From: Desulfobacterales bacterium
Lineage (GTDB): Bacteria > Desulfobacterota > Desulfobacteria > Desulfobacterales > UBA2174
Length of the DNA stretch: 64,000 nucleotides
Direction: 5' to 3'
Assembly: GCA_963668645.2 (NCBI GenBank)
Contig: CAXXWC010000006.1
Location: 64,001-128,000 of the forward strand
The number at the start of each line of letters is the position of its first letter. Within the stretch, counting starts at the first letter, position 1. Below, piece by piece: positions 29,421 through 39,696 of this stretch. The notes below the pieces were generated by a model that worked only from the letters and a program-made list of their open reading frames with translations, was not told where the DNA came from and did no database searches. The translations under genes and the position numbers were made by a program.

Positions 29421-31999
29421 TCCGACTTTGTAATAATTTGCTTCGCTTCTTTCACTATACGATCCTGCTGACCATGTTAAGCGAAACAATTTTGCTTGGA
29501 GTTGCTACTACAGGTTGCGCATCGGAAGCCATCAGGGTCACTCCCATGGTGCGGCTACAGTCAGGCTTCACAGAGCAGCGGGTTACCGGAAATATTCTCC
29601 GGGATGAATGGGTGAAGAAAAAAGATGACTCGGGCATCTGTTGGGAGGGGAAATTATGGACGTTTTACGTTTTCCATTCGATCGGCAGTTCAAAGTTGTC
29701 ATGCATGAAAAACGGCATTTTTATTCCCCATAATGCCTGCAACGGAGAGAATCCCAAAGTAGTCATTGACGCCTCCTGTGGTAGAGAAACTAAGCATCCT
29801 CCTGCTATTGTCCGCATTTGCCAGCGACATAGGCCGGGTGATTTAAAGTTCGATTTCCATGAAAAGACGCTGCCCCAAGGGGGATCCAGCCTAACATTAA
29901 AGGCCGAACATTTTGTATTAAACAATCATGCGTCAAGGTCACTCCATGCGATTCTGCAAAATATTAATGGAAAAAAGATACTATATTTTTTATTAAATTA
30001 CGAAGAAGAAAAAGAAAAAGAAAAATTAAGGAGTGATACCTTGGCACAATCTTCACAAATTTCTTCGGCAAATATAAACGAGTTGAATAGTTTCTTTCCC
30101 TTGTTGGGTCGCGACCTGTTCGTCGAGACCTACTCAGATGACACTAACCCACCTTCAGGGCGAGGGGTAATCTGGCCTGATCCAAGAAATCCCCTCAATT
30201 GGGTTGACGCACAGCAGCCCCCTCCACACCACATCAATTTACACTCCGCACTGGGTGTAATGCGGTGCATGTCCGCTGAAGGTTTAGCATGGAAAAATCT
30301 TTATCTTGCAAATTGTTTCGATAAGGTCAAACTACCAGCTGGCATGGACGATCACCACATCTTCTTGACATTTAAACAGAAAGCACAAGATCCATCCACT
30401 GTCATCAAGAGTTATCAAGGTGGAGAAAAGGAAAAGATCATCCAATTACCGCGAATTACTAGTGGCCGTTGGGAGGTAAAGGACCTAAGGTTAGCCTCTC
30501 CTCTTAGCGGGACATTCCCAACACGCGAGGCCACAACCGTAAGATATAACCTGGATGATTTCGTTAAGCCTGGCACTTACCCGGTAGCCAGTGAGCAGAA
30601 GCAGCGTGTATTTACCGTTAAATTCACCGCCCCCTATCAAACCGTTCTTGAGGTAAATAATTCAAGAACAGAAGCGGTTCAAATACTGGTTTTTGATGAA
30701 AGGAATGAACAGGCCTTACAATTCCATGCAGGGGAATACCAATTGCACGCCTACTTGGAAGGGCATGACGTATTTAATGGCTCGTTATCGATTGAACCAA
30801 TTAGTAAAAACTATTTAGTACCTCGAATCACCTTTAATTCAAATGACTACACTGGTTCCCCTAAAATAAAAATAGATCTGAAACGCACGAAATTTATAGA
30901 CACGCGTAGCCCAATCATTATAGACCTTTCGAAAAATCAATTCATAGCACATTCTGGCGTTCCTCTGACTAATTTTTACGTTCGGTTCAATCATGAGGGT
31001 TTTAGTGAACCAAAATTCGATATTCCGGTCAGCGCAAAGCTAAATTCCATCTCCGCTTTAACGAACTACAGGAACATTCTCTTGCATGACGATACTCAAC
31101 GATTTCAATTTCCAAACCAAACTAACAACACAACGATTCTACCGCTGCACTCCCTACTACAGCCACCCCAAGTAGCAGTCACGGTTTCTTTAAGGGAAAT
31201 ACATCAGAGCAGTTTTGTTCAAAATAACTTTTATGACGGTGATTGGAGCCCCCCTATTAAAGCGGAAGAAAGATATACAGCCTGGATACCTACAGAAAAT
31301 TCAGGATATGACTCACCTGCCACCATAGCTTTCAATATCCGAGCGTGCACCGCAGATTCGAGAATGCTCTACTCGGCCTCTGTGCCCTCACAATTATTGC
31401 CCGATGTTCTGGGAGGACCTATCAATCCTAATTGGCAACTTACACCAGTTCCGGAAAACACCTTGGTCTTTCTTAGTGGGGACAGCGCAACATCTAATTC
31501 GAAATTGGAAACTGACAAAAAAGATTTTTTTAAAAGTGCAGCAAAAGCTATGCAAGAGCACCAACGACGCCAACAAAGTATTAATGAAGCAACAGTCGTT
31601 TATGGCATGGGAGTGGATGGCCAATTTCGACAATACCAACCTGGAAAAGTAGAGGTGCTCCCAACGGAGTACGGTGGGATGCAAAATTTGGATCAGGCCC
31701 TGAGCTCAGCCCTATCATCTTTGAGCTTTACTGCTCGAACAGCAGGGCAGAACGATAACCCGTGTGGTACCACATTCCGCCTTATCTACTTTGGCTATGC
31801 GCCAAGCTTGAGTACCAGCAAAGTACCGGAAACCTTCAACAGGGTGGATGTAGTAACTCCGGCCGAGGAGAATCCATCGCAGTTCCTGCAATCATCACGA
31901 TTCAAAGTGTCTGTTGTAGACAGCGAACAATCTATAATTGATCGATTGGATACACTATTGCCAGTTGAAAAAGATGGAGGGGATAAGAATGGCAATTGA
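29417..31999 (+). CDS. Large exported hypothetical protein sharing its N-terminal domain with the upstream gene
   Basis: 860-aa ORF, ATGA overlap with the previous gene, hydrophobic leader, beta-rich AT-rich middle. Confidence 0.7.
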   Translation: MIRLCNNLLRFFHYTILLTMLSETILLGVATTGCASEAIRVTPMVRLQSGFTEQRVTGNILRDEWVKKKDDSGICWEGKLWTFYVFHSIGSSKLSCMKNGIFIPHNACNGENPKVVIDASCGRETKHPPAIVRICQRHRPGDLKFDFHEKTLPQGGSSLTLKAEHFVLNNHASRSLHAILQNINGKKILYFLLNYEEEKEKEKLRSDTLAQSSQISSANINELNSFFPLLGRDLFVETYSDDTNPPSGRGVIWPDPRNPLNWVDAQQPPPHHINLHSALGVMRCMSAEGLAWKNLYLANCFDKVKLPAGMDDHHIFLTFKQKAQDPSTVIKSYQGGEKEKIIQLPRITSGRWEVKDLRLASPLSGTFPTREATTVRYNLDDFVKPGTYPVASEQKQRVFTVKFTAPYQTVLEVNNSRTEAVQILVFDERNEQALQFHAGEYQLHAYLEGHDVFNGSLSIEPISKNYLVPRITFNSNDYTGSPKIKIDLKRTKFIDTRSPIIIDLSKNQFIAHSGVPLTNFYVRFNHEGFSEPKFDIPVSAKLNSISALTNYRNILLHDDTQRFQFPNQTNNTTILPLHSLLQPPQVAVTVSLREIHQSSFVQNNFYDGDWSPPIKAEERYTAWIPTENSGYDSPATIAFNIRACTADSRMLYSASVPSQLLPDVLGGPINPNWQLTPVPENTLVFLSGDSATSNSKLETDKKDFFKSAAKAMQEHQRRQQSINEATVVYGMGVDGQFRQYQPGKVEVLPTEYGGMQNLDQALSSALSSLSFTARTAGQNDNPCGTTFRLIYFGYAPSLSTSKVPETFNRVDVVTPAEENPSQFLQSSRFKVSVVDSEQSIIDRLDTLLPVEKDGGDKNGN
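29546..29859 (+). repeat. Direct repeat copy 2
   Basis: See 26985-27298. Confidence 0.95.
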
Positions 32000-34643
32000 C
32001 AAAGCGGGCTTTGTTCATTCGGTACTCATCTGGAGTGATAACATATTGCCAATGACGAAAATGAAAGCGAGCTTCAACATTCTTATATTGCTTTTTTTTT
32101 TGATTTTCATACCTAGTATATGCAAGTCTCAACTACCCTACAACAACTCAAGGTTATTTCCTGCACCGGATCCCCGTGATTGGCCCAATCCCTACGCGAT
32201 GCTCAAAGAAAAACAAATCAAGGGAAACCCGGATTGGAAGTGGGAGGTTTTTGCCGCCTACCAGGGGGCACCCATTGAAAGAGGAAATAGCGCAAAAACG
32301 AAAGGCAACATGGGAAATGTCGATATTACAGACGAGGTTAAACCCGCCGGGTACCTCGAACGATTCGTGGTACTGGATCGTTTGAGCACTAAGCTTCAGG
32401 TACGTTCCATGGTCAATCAACGGGTGGGATGGATGGATATGCGCGACCTGTTGCTATTTGCTCGCCCGCTACACAACCCCCGTGACATCGTCCTCAAGGC
32501 TTTCTTACGCGTTAATCTGGGGCGCCGCAGCATTAAATTCATGCAAGGTGAGGAAACGGGAAAGGATTTGTTACGTTTTCGCGACGGCCCGGGTATCCCT
32601 GGGCGGGGCAATAAGTACAAGTACCTGATTTCGAAAGATGAAGTCAACAGGGTTAGCAGCCTGTTTTTATACATCTACGCGGTGCATTTCAGCGATGATC
32701 GGGAAGTTTCTATCGCCAAGATGGAAGAGAATATCAACAATTACGTAGAGCTATACAACAATCTTGATAAAGTGGACTACGTGTTGCTTGGCACCAGCTT
32801 GAGCTTCAATGCCGAGGACCTCTCTTCTGGTCAGAGGATCCGCGGCTGGCTACCAGCCGCGGCGGTTCAATTTTGGGAAACCCGTCAAGCAGTAGAACAA
32901 ATCCCGGGCACGCCTGCCCATCAATTCAAAAACAGATCGGATCTGCTGCGATACTTTGCTTTGACTTCGCCACAACTGCGAGAGAAAGAACTCCAGCAGT
33001 TGGAGAAAGAGGCAAAGGTGCAACGCGCCATGGGCATGGCAGCGCAGTTGCGCGGCCAAGACATGCGTTTTCTGGTACTTGATCGTAGCACTCAGCAAAT
33101 TGATACTGTCCTAGCCGGGGTCAGTGATATCGATAAACAGGACAGTGGAGAACATAGCCACCTAGTTAAGACGGATGTGAATAGGGATCAGAAGTCTATG
33201 TACCGTCAGAGCTTGGCCGATTTCCAGCAGGCTTCGAAATTTTTAGATTTGTTTTTCTTGGTGGACGGCACCACAAGCATGGAGGGACCGGTGAAAAGCG
33301 CGGCCGAAGTCATCGAGAAACTGACGGAACAGATTGGCAGTTTGTCCGACGTTAAGGTATCTATTCGAGCAGCCGTTTTTCGTGACCAAAAAGACACAAC
33401 CAATCCAGTATTTGAAGATTGGGATTCACGCCAGGGCAGTCCCTCGGATTGGTTGCGTAACCTGCTAAAGACCAACCGCATCCGTTCAGGTAGCGATCTG
33501 GATTTCAACGAAGCTCTTTTTTCTGGCATCCGGAGCGCGATCCGCTCCTGGAAACCACATTTCCAGCATACTAGATCTCTGCGAGTCATGTTCGTGCTAG
33601 GTGATGCGGGTGACAACAGCGAGAATATAGAAGCCGCCAAGGAAATGACACGTTCCATAATTACAGGGGAAGACATTGCCCTTTTTCCCATTCATTTCAA
33701 CCATCCTCTCAAGGACGACAGCTATAAACAGCTTGGTGCACTAAGCAAGCTGGGTGCAATTTGCGAAGAGAAACAGTGGCGAACCCTAATTAGTGAAATG
33801 TACAGCTCCTTCGATGAATCCCAAGAAGCGGTAAACAGGTACGCCAATTCGTTTGAACGAATTTCCATGTGCGGCTTTATCGAGCAGATGGCTGAACTTG
33901 CGAAGTGGGATACAAAAAAAGTGAATAGTCTGACTGGCAACAATATTCGCTCGGTGTTGTCGGAATCAACCAGCGAGTATCTTAAAGGCGCCATTGAATG
34001 GATCAAAACTCTCCAGAGACTTCGCCAAGGTACGCTCAATCTACCGGAAGCCCAAGAAATAATGAGACGTCATGGCGATATCGCCATGAGCATTTTCCGG
34101 CACCGGATCCGACAGATGAAGCAGCAGATACCCGAATTGGCAGAGATGTTAGAGAAGCGGCCGGAGCTTGCTTACTCGGAGTTATATATCGCCGAAGAGG
34201 ATGGCAACAGTAAGCTACTGCGACCGGTTTTGCTGATTAGCCAAAGAGAGCTGGGCAAAATCGTCACCAGTATGCGTGGTTACATTCAGCAACATCGACA
34301 ATGTGGCCCAGATACTCTCAAGATGGTTGTTGCTGAGTCGTTGACGACCCTGCTTGGAGAACTGTTGCAACTGCACCCTGACTTGGTTACCGACGCCGAT
34401 ATCGGAAAATGGCATATCCTCGCGGTGGACGACCCCGACAGCTATTTGGGGGCTCCTAAGGTAATAGAGGAATACTGTCGCGACAACCAAAAATGGGTGC
34501 GCTTCCTGTCCCGTTTGCAGCAGGCGGTTCAATCCCTCGACCCCATGTTAGGAGACCAGCCACATCCACGCCGGTTTACCGACATCAGTGGCGACCCATA
34601 CTTCTGGCTCTATCCTGAAGAACTATTCCCTTTACCTAAATGA
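31989..34643 (+). CDS. Exported/anchored vWA-domain protein (resembles the PpkA C-terminal / TssR-type vWA architecture)
   Basis: Signal/TM ILILLFFLIFIPS; MIDAS-like DLFFLVDGTTSM, AAVFRD, EALFSGI, MFVLGDAGD; SH3-like VGWMDMRDLL and IRGWLP; C-terminal YFWLYPEELFP. Confidence 0.75.
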   Translation: MAIDKAGFVHSVLIWSDNILPMTKMKASFNILILLFFLIFIPSICKSQLPYNNSRLFPAPDPRDWPNPYAMLKEKQIKGNPDWKWEVFAAYQGAPIERGNSAKTKGNMGNVDITDEVKPAGYLERFVVLDRLSTKLQVRSMVNQRVGWMDMRDLLLFARPLHNPRDIVLKAFLRVNLGRRSIKFMQGEETGKDLLRFRDGPGIPGRGNKYKYLISKDEVNRVSSLFLYIYAVHFSDDREVSIAKMEENINNYVELYNNLDKVDYVLLGTSLSFNAEDLSSGQRIRGWLPAAAVQFWETRQAVEQIPGTPAHQFKNRSDLLRYFALTSPQLREKELQQLEKEAKVQRAMGMAAQLRGQDMRFLVLDRSTQQIDTVLAGVSDIDKQDSGEHSHLVKTDVNRDQKSMYRQSLADFQQASKFLDLFFLVDGTTSMEGPVKSAAEVIEKLTEQIGSLSDVKVSIRAAVFRDQKDTTNPVFEDWDSRQGSPSDWLRNLLKTNRIRSGSDLDFNEALFSGIRSAIRSWKPHFQHTRSLRVMFVLGDAGDNSENIEAAKEMTRSIITGEDIALFPIHFNHPLKDDSYKQLGALSKLGAICEEKQWRTLISEMYSSFDESQEAVNRYANSFERISMCGFIEQMAELAKWDTKKVNSLTGNNIRSVLSESTSEYLKGAIEWIKTLQRLRQGTLNLPEAQEIMRRHGDIAMSIFRHRIRQMKQQIPELAEMLEKRPELAYSELYIAEEDGNSKLLRPVLLISQRELGKIVTSMRGYIQQHRQCGPDTLKMVVAESLTTLLGELLQLHPDLVTDADIGKWHILAVDDPDSYLGAPKVIEEYCRDNQKWVRFLSRLQQAVQSLDPMLGDQPHPRRFTDISGDPYFWLYPEELFPLPK

Positions 34644-34662
34644 GAAAATCGGAGGTTTATAC

Positions 34663-36222
34663 ATGCCCTTGCAGAACAAGGTCAATCTTATACTGCTGCT
34701 GCTATTCCGGGAGAACTGGCCAGCAGGAGACGGCGATTTCCGCAAGCTGCCGTTCTACTTGTTCCAACAGCTTGGCAGCCTTTTCTTATTGCTGCTTATC
34801 GCCTCTGTCGGGCTGTGGATAGTGAATCAAGAGCACGTTTTGCGTGATCGGTTAACCGAGATTGCCAACAGCCCCTATATGGCAATTTTTATCGAAGGTT
34901 ACATGTATGGCACCGAAGGTGGGTCTGGTCATGGTAGCGATCCGCACGAGCCTGCCTATTGGCGAAATTTGACACTCGATACACTTGTTCATGATACTAC
35001 AGGATTGCCACTGGGCAAAGAACACGTGTTCGAATCTGTGTCTGTTTATAGCGATGGGTATCTCAGCTTTCTAGATAGAGAGAACCGCCAGAGAAGCGGC
35101 TTTAAGGGACTGGTGCTCGACTTCGTCAATACGGAAAGACGAAACGAGCGCCTGCTCAACGGGCTCCATGTTGCCGCTGGTGAGAGCTGGAAATGGGATG
35201 ATATCCGTAATGTCAACGGCATCATCATGTCCAGTCAACTGATGAAAAGCCTGGGTTTCGCAAAACCTTGGCCGAACTCCCTAAAGCTGCAAAAGGACAA
35301 TTATGGGAACAGCGACCCTCGAATCAATGTCTCTTTTCCTTTGGTTGTTCTCGATGACCTTCCGTACCGCAAGTTCATCATTCCGCGGCGTATTTACAAT
35401 CGACTGGGGTCCGGTTTTTACTCGGAGACGGCAGAAAGTGTACGGGTGTTTTTTTTTACTGAAGAAGCATCCTCAGCAAAGGCGTTGGAGCAATTGGGCA
35501 AGGAGTTTCCCCAAGCTATAACAGAGGGGCTACAGCGATACAGTGACCTTTACTGCACTTGGCTTAGCTATCCTTCTCCTGGTAAACGGCGCATGGATAT
35601 TTTAGATGATTTTTCGTCTCTGCCTCCGAGCACCGGACAGGTCTACTTCGACGGCGACGGTGAACCGGCCGAGCTGTCTCGCTACAGCGGGGCGATGCTT
35701 TACCTAAATCGAAGGCTGATGCTAATGGGCAAAGTGCAGGCGCGGCTGATACCCGCGCTGAGTGGGTTTATCAACCAGCAAGTCGACCAACAGGTACATA
35801 GCGAGATCTTGGAGATATTGAATACAACTTTGTCCAATCAAGCGATGTTGCAGAGACTGAGTGGACTGTTAAAAACCGCAGCCTTTGCCCTTGCAGTGAT
35901 TCTTGCTTTATATAATGCAGTAGTGTTGCATTCACGGATCTATCGAATCGGTGTGCTAAGGGAACAGGGGGCATCAGCACGGCTGTTCGTTATGGTACTT
36001 ATCATCCAATCCCTAATATTTACCGTGTTGGCGTTCGGCCTAGCGTTGCTGATCCATGGCCTTTATTCACAGGGCATGACTGTTAGTCAGTTGATGGGTA
36101 CTCCTGAGGCGTACAAACTGCTTGTTGGGTTGAGTGTTGCCGCCGTCGTCGGGCATGTAGTGCCCGCCATTGTGCACATCAACCTTATGGAACCTTCTGA
36201 GATGGTTTCATACCGAGCCTGA
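34663..36222 (+). CDS. ABC permease, FtsX/MacB-like
   Basis: One N-terminal TM, large periplasmic region, three C-terminal TMs with SRIYRIGVLREQGAS; SD GGAGG. Confidence 0.75.
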   Translation: MPLQNKVNLILLLLFRENWPAGDGDFRKLPFYLFQQLGSLFLLLLIASVGLWIVNQEHVLRDRLTEIANSPYMAIFIEGYMYGTEGGSGHGSDPHEPAYWRNLTLDTLVHDTTGLPLGKEHVFESVSVYSDGYLSFLDRENRQRSGFKGLVLDFVNTERRNERLLNGLHVAAGESWKWDDIRNVNGIIMSSQLMKSLGFAKPWPNSLKLQKDNYGNSDPRINVSFPLVVLDDLPYRKFIIPRRIYNRLGSGFYSETAESVRVFFFTEEASSAKALEQLGKEFPQAITEGLQRYSDLYCTWLSYPSPGKRRMDILDDFSSLPPSTGQVYFDGDGEPAELSRYSGAMLYLNRRLMLMGKVQARLIPALSGFINQQVDQQVHSEILEILNTTLSNQAMLQRLSGLLKTAAFALAVILALYNAVVLHSRIYRIGVLREQGASARLFVMVLIIQSLIFTVLAFGLALLIHGLYSQGMTVSQLMGTPEAYKLLVGLSVAAVVGHVVPAIVHINLMEPSEMVSYRA

Positions 36223-36249
36223 AGATTTGGCAACCAGTTTTAAGGAGAC

Positions 36250-37050
36250 ATGATGGAAACCCGGGAATTGCTTGCATTCGGCTCGTTGACCAAACGATTC
36301 AGCAGACAAAAAAGTATTCAATATAAATATACTACAGGCTCCTTCGGCATACGAATCAACCGAGGCGAATTTGTATTTATCACCGGAGATAACGGCGTTG
36401 GGAAGAGTACGCTGGCACATATGTTGGCCACCTTAGACAAAGGCGAATACAGCAAGGACTCCAGCATCAGGTTCTACGAACATTTGAATGGACACATTTA
36501 TGAACACGATTATTGGAAGCTGTTCAGAACCCGCGCCTTGACATTATCACTTTACGACCCAACGGCTCGACTCCGGCAATGCTGTTTCGGGTTTCTTCCC
36601 CAAGGGGGGCACCTGCTAGACAGCCATACCGTAGAGGAAAACTTGATCCTCCGGCGACTCTTATGCGATCTTGGGACGAAGGTTGATTTTAATTGTCTTG
36701 AGCCGGAATTGAAGAACTATCTCAAGAAAAGTCCCTCTGCACTGTCAGGGGGGATGAGACAGAAACTGGCATTGCATCGGGCGGTGGCCGGCTCGCCGCA
36801 GATCATTTTCGCCGACGAACCGACCAGCAACCTGGATTCCGCCGCGTTCGACGGAAAAATTTCCGAACTGGCCCGTTTCGTTCATGAACAAGAAGTCACA
36901 GTATTGACGGTTACGCATAGCTATGATAGGAGTCTCAAAGTCCTCATGGATAAATTCCCGACACTTACAATACATAGACTTAACCTGCAACCTGTCGGTC
37001 CCAAAAATGACCGGGTAAGTCAAGTATCGATGGAATACCAAACTGTATGA
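36250..37050 (+). CDS. ABC ATPase (LolD/MacB/TagT-like)
   Basis: GDNGVGKST, FGFLPQGGHLL, LSGGMRQK, IFADEPTSNLD, VTH. Confidence 0.9.
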   Translation: MMETRELLAFGSLTKRFSRQKSIQYKYTTGSFGIRINRGEFVFITGDNGVGKSTLAHMLATLDKGEYSKDSSIRFYEHLNGHIYEHDYWKLFRTRALTLSLYDPTARLRQCCFGFLPQGGHLLDSHTVEENLILRRLLCDLGTKVDFNCLEPELKNYLKKSPSALSGGMRQKLALHRAVAGSPQIIFADEPTSNLDSAAFDGKISELARFVHEQEVTVLTVTHSYDRSLKVLMDKFPTLTIHRLNLQPVGPKNDRVSQVSMEYQTV

Positions 37051-37174
37051 TTTACAAGTGAGCTGAGCTCGCGGATACCTGCGCTTAACTACAGACATTT
37101 GGCCAAAGTCATATGTTTGGCATTTGTGCACACAGCAAGACAGTGACTTTGAGGGCACCACTCAGGGGGTATCG

Positions 37175-37987
37175 TTGAAAAAAAGGATGATCATCATTAT
37201 GCTGCTGATGCCGGCGATGGGCTATTCCGAAAACCCTGGAGCTTCCTCGCCAAGTATCAAAGAACTTCGTAGCATCTGTTCCAACGTCAAAGTGCAACGA
37301 CAGTGCCCTGCGACTTGCGCCACAGTTTGTGTTGAAGCCGGAAACTTCAAGAACAAAAACTGGGAATACTGTATATCCGTATTGCCTCCCAATAGTCCCC
37401 AAGACGCAGCAGAGTGCCCGGGCATGGTGTTGAACGAGGTGAAGAACCTGACACCGGAGGATCTGTGTGCAAATGTTACCGAGCTTTTTGATAGGATCAA
37501 ATGCCAGCAGGAGGCAAACAAGTACCCGCAATGTGCCCCGAATGTGTGGACCTTGATCGAGAACGCGAAGACGTTGGCGGACTCAATCGATACTGCTCTA
37601 AATAAATACAGTGAAATTCTTTCTCTCAATCTCGATGTTGTACAGGATCTTGATAAACTGTGTGGGTATAGTCGGGATGATTTGTCCCGTTACTATGCTC
37701 AAGCGACGCAGGATGGGCAGGAATTCGTATCGCTCCAAGACCAAGCCAAGAGGATTGAAAGTTGCGCCGGTGAGTTCGAGAAGTGGCTTAAGGATCTGTC
37801 TGCAAATGACATCGGACAAATTCCTGATAATCTGGACGACAACCTAATCCACGATACCAGTACACAGTTAGAAAAACTAGAGCCCCAACGCAAGAAGCTT
37901 TTCCAGTCCGTAGAAAAGCTGAAGTCCGTCGGGCCTAGAATCTATGCTATAGGAATTCGCCATGTACAATTCTGTAAGAACAAATGA
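37175..37987 (+). CDS. Secreted Cys-rich protein with helical/coiled-coil C-half
   Basis: TTG start gives MKKRMIIIMLLMPAMGYS, a signal peptide; 12 Cys in the mature part. Confidence 0.65.
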   Translation: MKKRMIIIMLLMPAMGYSENPGASSPSIKELRSICSNVKVQRQCPATCATVCVEAGNFKNKNWEYCISVLPPNSPQDAAECPGMVLNEVKNLTPEDLCANVTELFDRIKCQQEANKYPQCAPNVWTLIENAKTLADSIDTALNKYSEILSLNLDVVQDLDKLCGYSRDDLSRYYAQATQDGQEFVSLQDQAKRIESCAGEFEKWLKDLSANDIGQIPDNLDDNLIHDTSTQLEKLEPQRKKLFQSVEKLKSVGPRIYAIGIRHVQFCKNK

Positions 37988-38051
37988 GACCTGGCGGCAT
38001 GTGGTAACAACCACATTTCATTCAAAAAAATTAGCTTACAAGGAGGTAGAC

Positions 38052-38675
38052 ATGAAAAGCAGCAACCTATTCTTAGCGGGAATAATTTTAATTTTGATCG
38101 TTCTTGTAGCCACAAATGCTGAAACTCAGCAACCAAGCACCGACCGGTTGAAGGATCTCAATACTAAAATTGGCGTACTGCTCACCCAAATGGATGAAAG
38201 GGCCAAAAACTACCCACAAATAATAGATGAATTGCGCCAACGCCGGGCTGGTATCGAAAAGGCCGGCGAGGAGGTGCAAAAAATGCTCAATGACCTGAAA
38301 CAGATGACCGATCAGATGGATGTCAATTCGGATTACCACTCGGAACTCAATGCGTTTGAGAATCACACCAGCGACATGATCGCTACAGTAGAGGCAAGAG
38401 ACGACCCTAAATTAGAGACAATCGTTAAAAGCCTGGATGAGGCTCTCAAGAAGCTGCAAAGCATTGACAGACGCCGTGCAGCGGCAGTTATCCAGGCCCA
38501 CAACATCATTCGCGCATTAGAGGATCAACAGGAAATCCTTGTGTTGATCAGGCAGGTTGGCCATATCGAAGCTGCCGTCGAAATCTTCGAGAGCAGCTTG
38601 GGCGAATACGAAAACATCGTCAGCACGGCTCAGGGAATCCAGGCGGATATGACTGCAGCCATCTCTACGCCATGA
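38052..38675 (+). CDS. Signal/TM-anchored coiled-coil protein
   Basis: SD AGGAGG; MKSSNLFLAGIILILIVLVATNA followed by continuous heptad-like helices. Confidence 0.75.
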   Translation: MKSSNLFLAGIILILIVLVATNAETQQPSTDRLKDLNTKIGVLLTQMDERAKNYPQIIDELRQRRAGIEKAGEEVQKMLNDLKQMTDQMDVNSDYHSELNAFENHTSDMIATVEARDDPKLETIVKSLDEALKKLQSIDRRRAAAVIQAHNIIRALEDQQEILVLIRQVGHIEAAVEIFESSLGEYENIVSTAQGIQADMTAAISTP

Positions 38676-39187
38676 TACCCCTGCAGTGGAACTTACAGAC
38701 TAACAATCTACAGGCATTGGTAGTGCGCCATGCCATAGCTTGGACTCTACTGTTGGCGGGTATGTTCATGGCAGGACGCGACCAGTTGAGTGAATTAGCC
38801 GCGCTCCAGTCCCATACGCCCTCATACCTTGTGGCCGTTTTCGGACGCTCGTTGAATAATCTGTACCAGCTTTTGTTACTATCCGGCTGGCTATCAGTGC
38901 TTCCACACTTCCTACTTCTGGCGATTCTTGACCGGAAAGGTGTGACCGTTGTGGCCTACGCCCATTTCGCTGCCTGGGCGCAGACCCTGTTCACCTCCCT
39001 CGGTTTTATCGGCACCATAGTTGGTGTGTCCCAGGCTGTGTCTGGTTTAGAGGGTGCCATGCGAAACAATGAACCCGGCGTTTTAATCGCCGGGCTCAGC
39101 ACTGCCTTCGATACCACCTTCCTGGGACTTGGGGCAGCGGTGTCGTTGATGTTATTACGCAAACTTGCGGAAATGCGCCATTCATGA
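38672..39187 (+). CDS. MotA/TolQ/ExbB-like ion-channel subunit (short)
   Basis: TLFTSLGFIGTIVGVSQAV and GLSTAFDTTFLGL are the two conserved channel helices. Confidence 0.75.
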   Translation: MIPLQWNLQTNNLQALVVRHAIAWTLLLAGMFMAGRDQLSELAALQSHTPSYLVAVFGRSLNNLYQLLLLSGWLSVLPHFLLLAILDRKGVTVVAYAHFAAWAQTLFTSLGFIGTIVGVSQAVSGLEGAMRNNEPGVLIAGLSTAFDTTFLGLGAAVSLMLLRKLAEMRHS

Positions 39188-39696
39188 GCGGCACCAACAA
39201 TACAGTCGACCTCGGCGGCGCTCTGATGCTGGCAATGACAGATCTGTTCGTCTCTGCAACTGCGACCTTACTAGTGGTGTTAACATTGGCATCTTCAGAT
39301 CCGCCCACCCCCCTGCCAGTACAGGCAGATATAGTAATGCTTTGCCCGAGGACCGACGCTGGTACGGCAGAATTTGCGCTTTTCCCGGCAAATGCTGTAA
39401 TCTTCCGTGAGAAAGAAGGCATTTTACGCCCTGGCACTAATTTTCAGATTGTCCGAGATCACAATGAGTTGGTCAAGACCTTGTCCGCAATGGAGTTGCC
39501 GGCAAAACCTTTGCTTACCGTTGCCATAGCTCCCGCCACCGGCCGCCCTTTAACAACGAACTGTTTTGCCACGGTCTCAAGGCGGTTGTTATCGCGCTAT
39601 CACTACCAGAGCAATGATCCCCGTAAAGTCTCGGTACCCACTCTATGTTTGCAGGTCATCAACCGGCCTATCCGCCAGAATGCCCATCATGAATGA
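39184..39696 (+). CDS. ExbD/TolR/MotB-like single-pass protein 1
   Basis: N-terminal TM with Asp (LAMTDLFVSATATLLVVL), Pro-rich linker, periplasmic domain; ATGA-coupled to the ExbB-like gene. Confidence 0.55.
   Translation: MSGTNNTVDLGGALMLAMTDLFVSATATLLVVLTLASSDPPTPLPVQADIVMLCPRTDAGTAEFALFPANAVIFREKEGILRPGTNFQIVRDHNELVKTLSAMELPAKPLLTVAIAPATGRPLTTNCFATVSRRLLSRYHYQSNDPRKVSVPTLCLQVINRPIRQNAHHE

Noticed and set aside
31989..37050. Type VI secretion locus
   Set aside because: Only Tag/PpkA-like accessory resemblance; no Hcp, VgrG, TssB/C, ClpV or kinase domain in the window.
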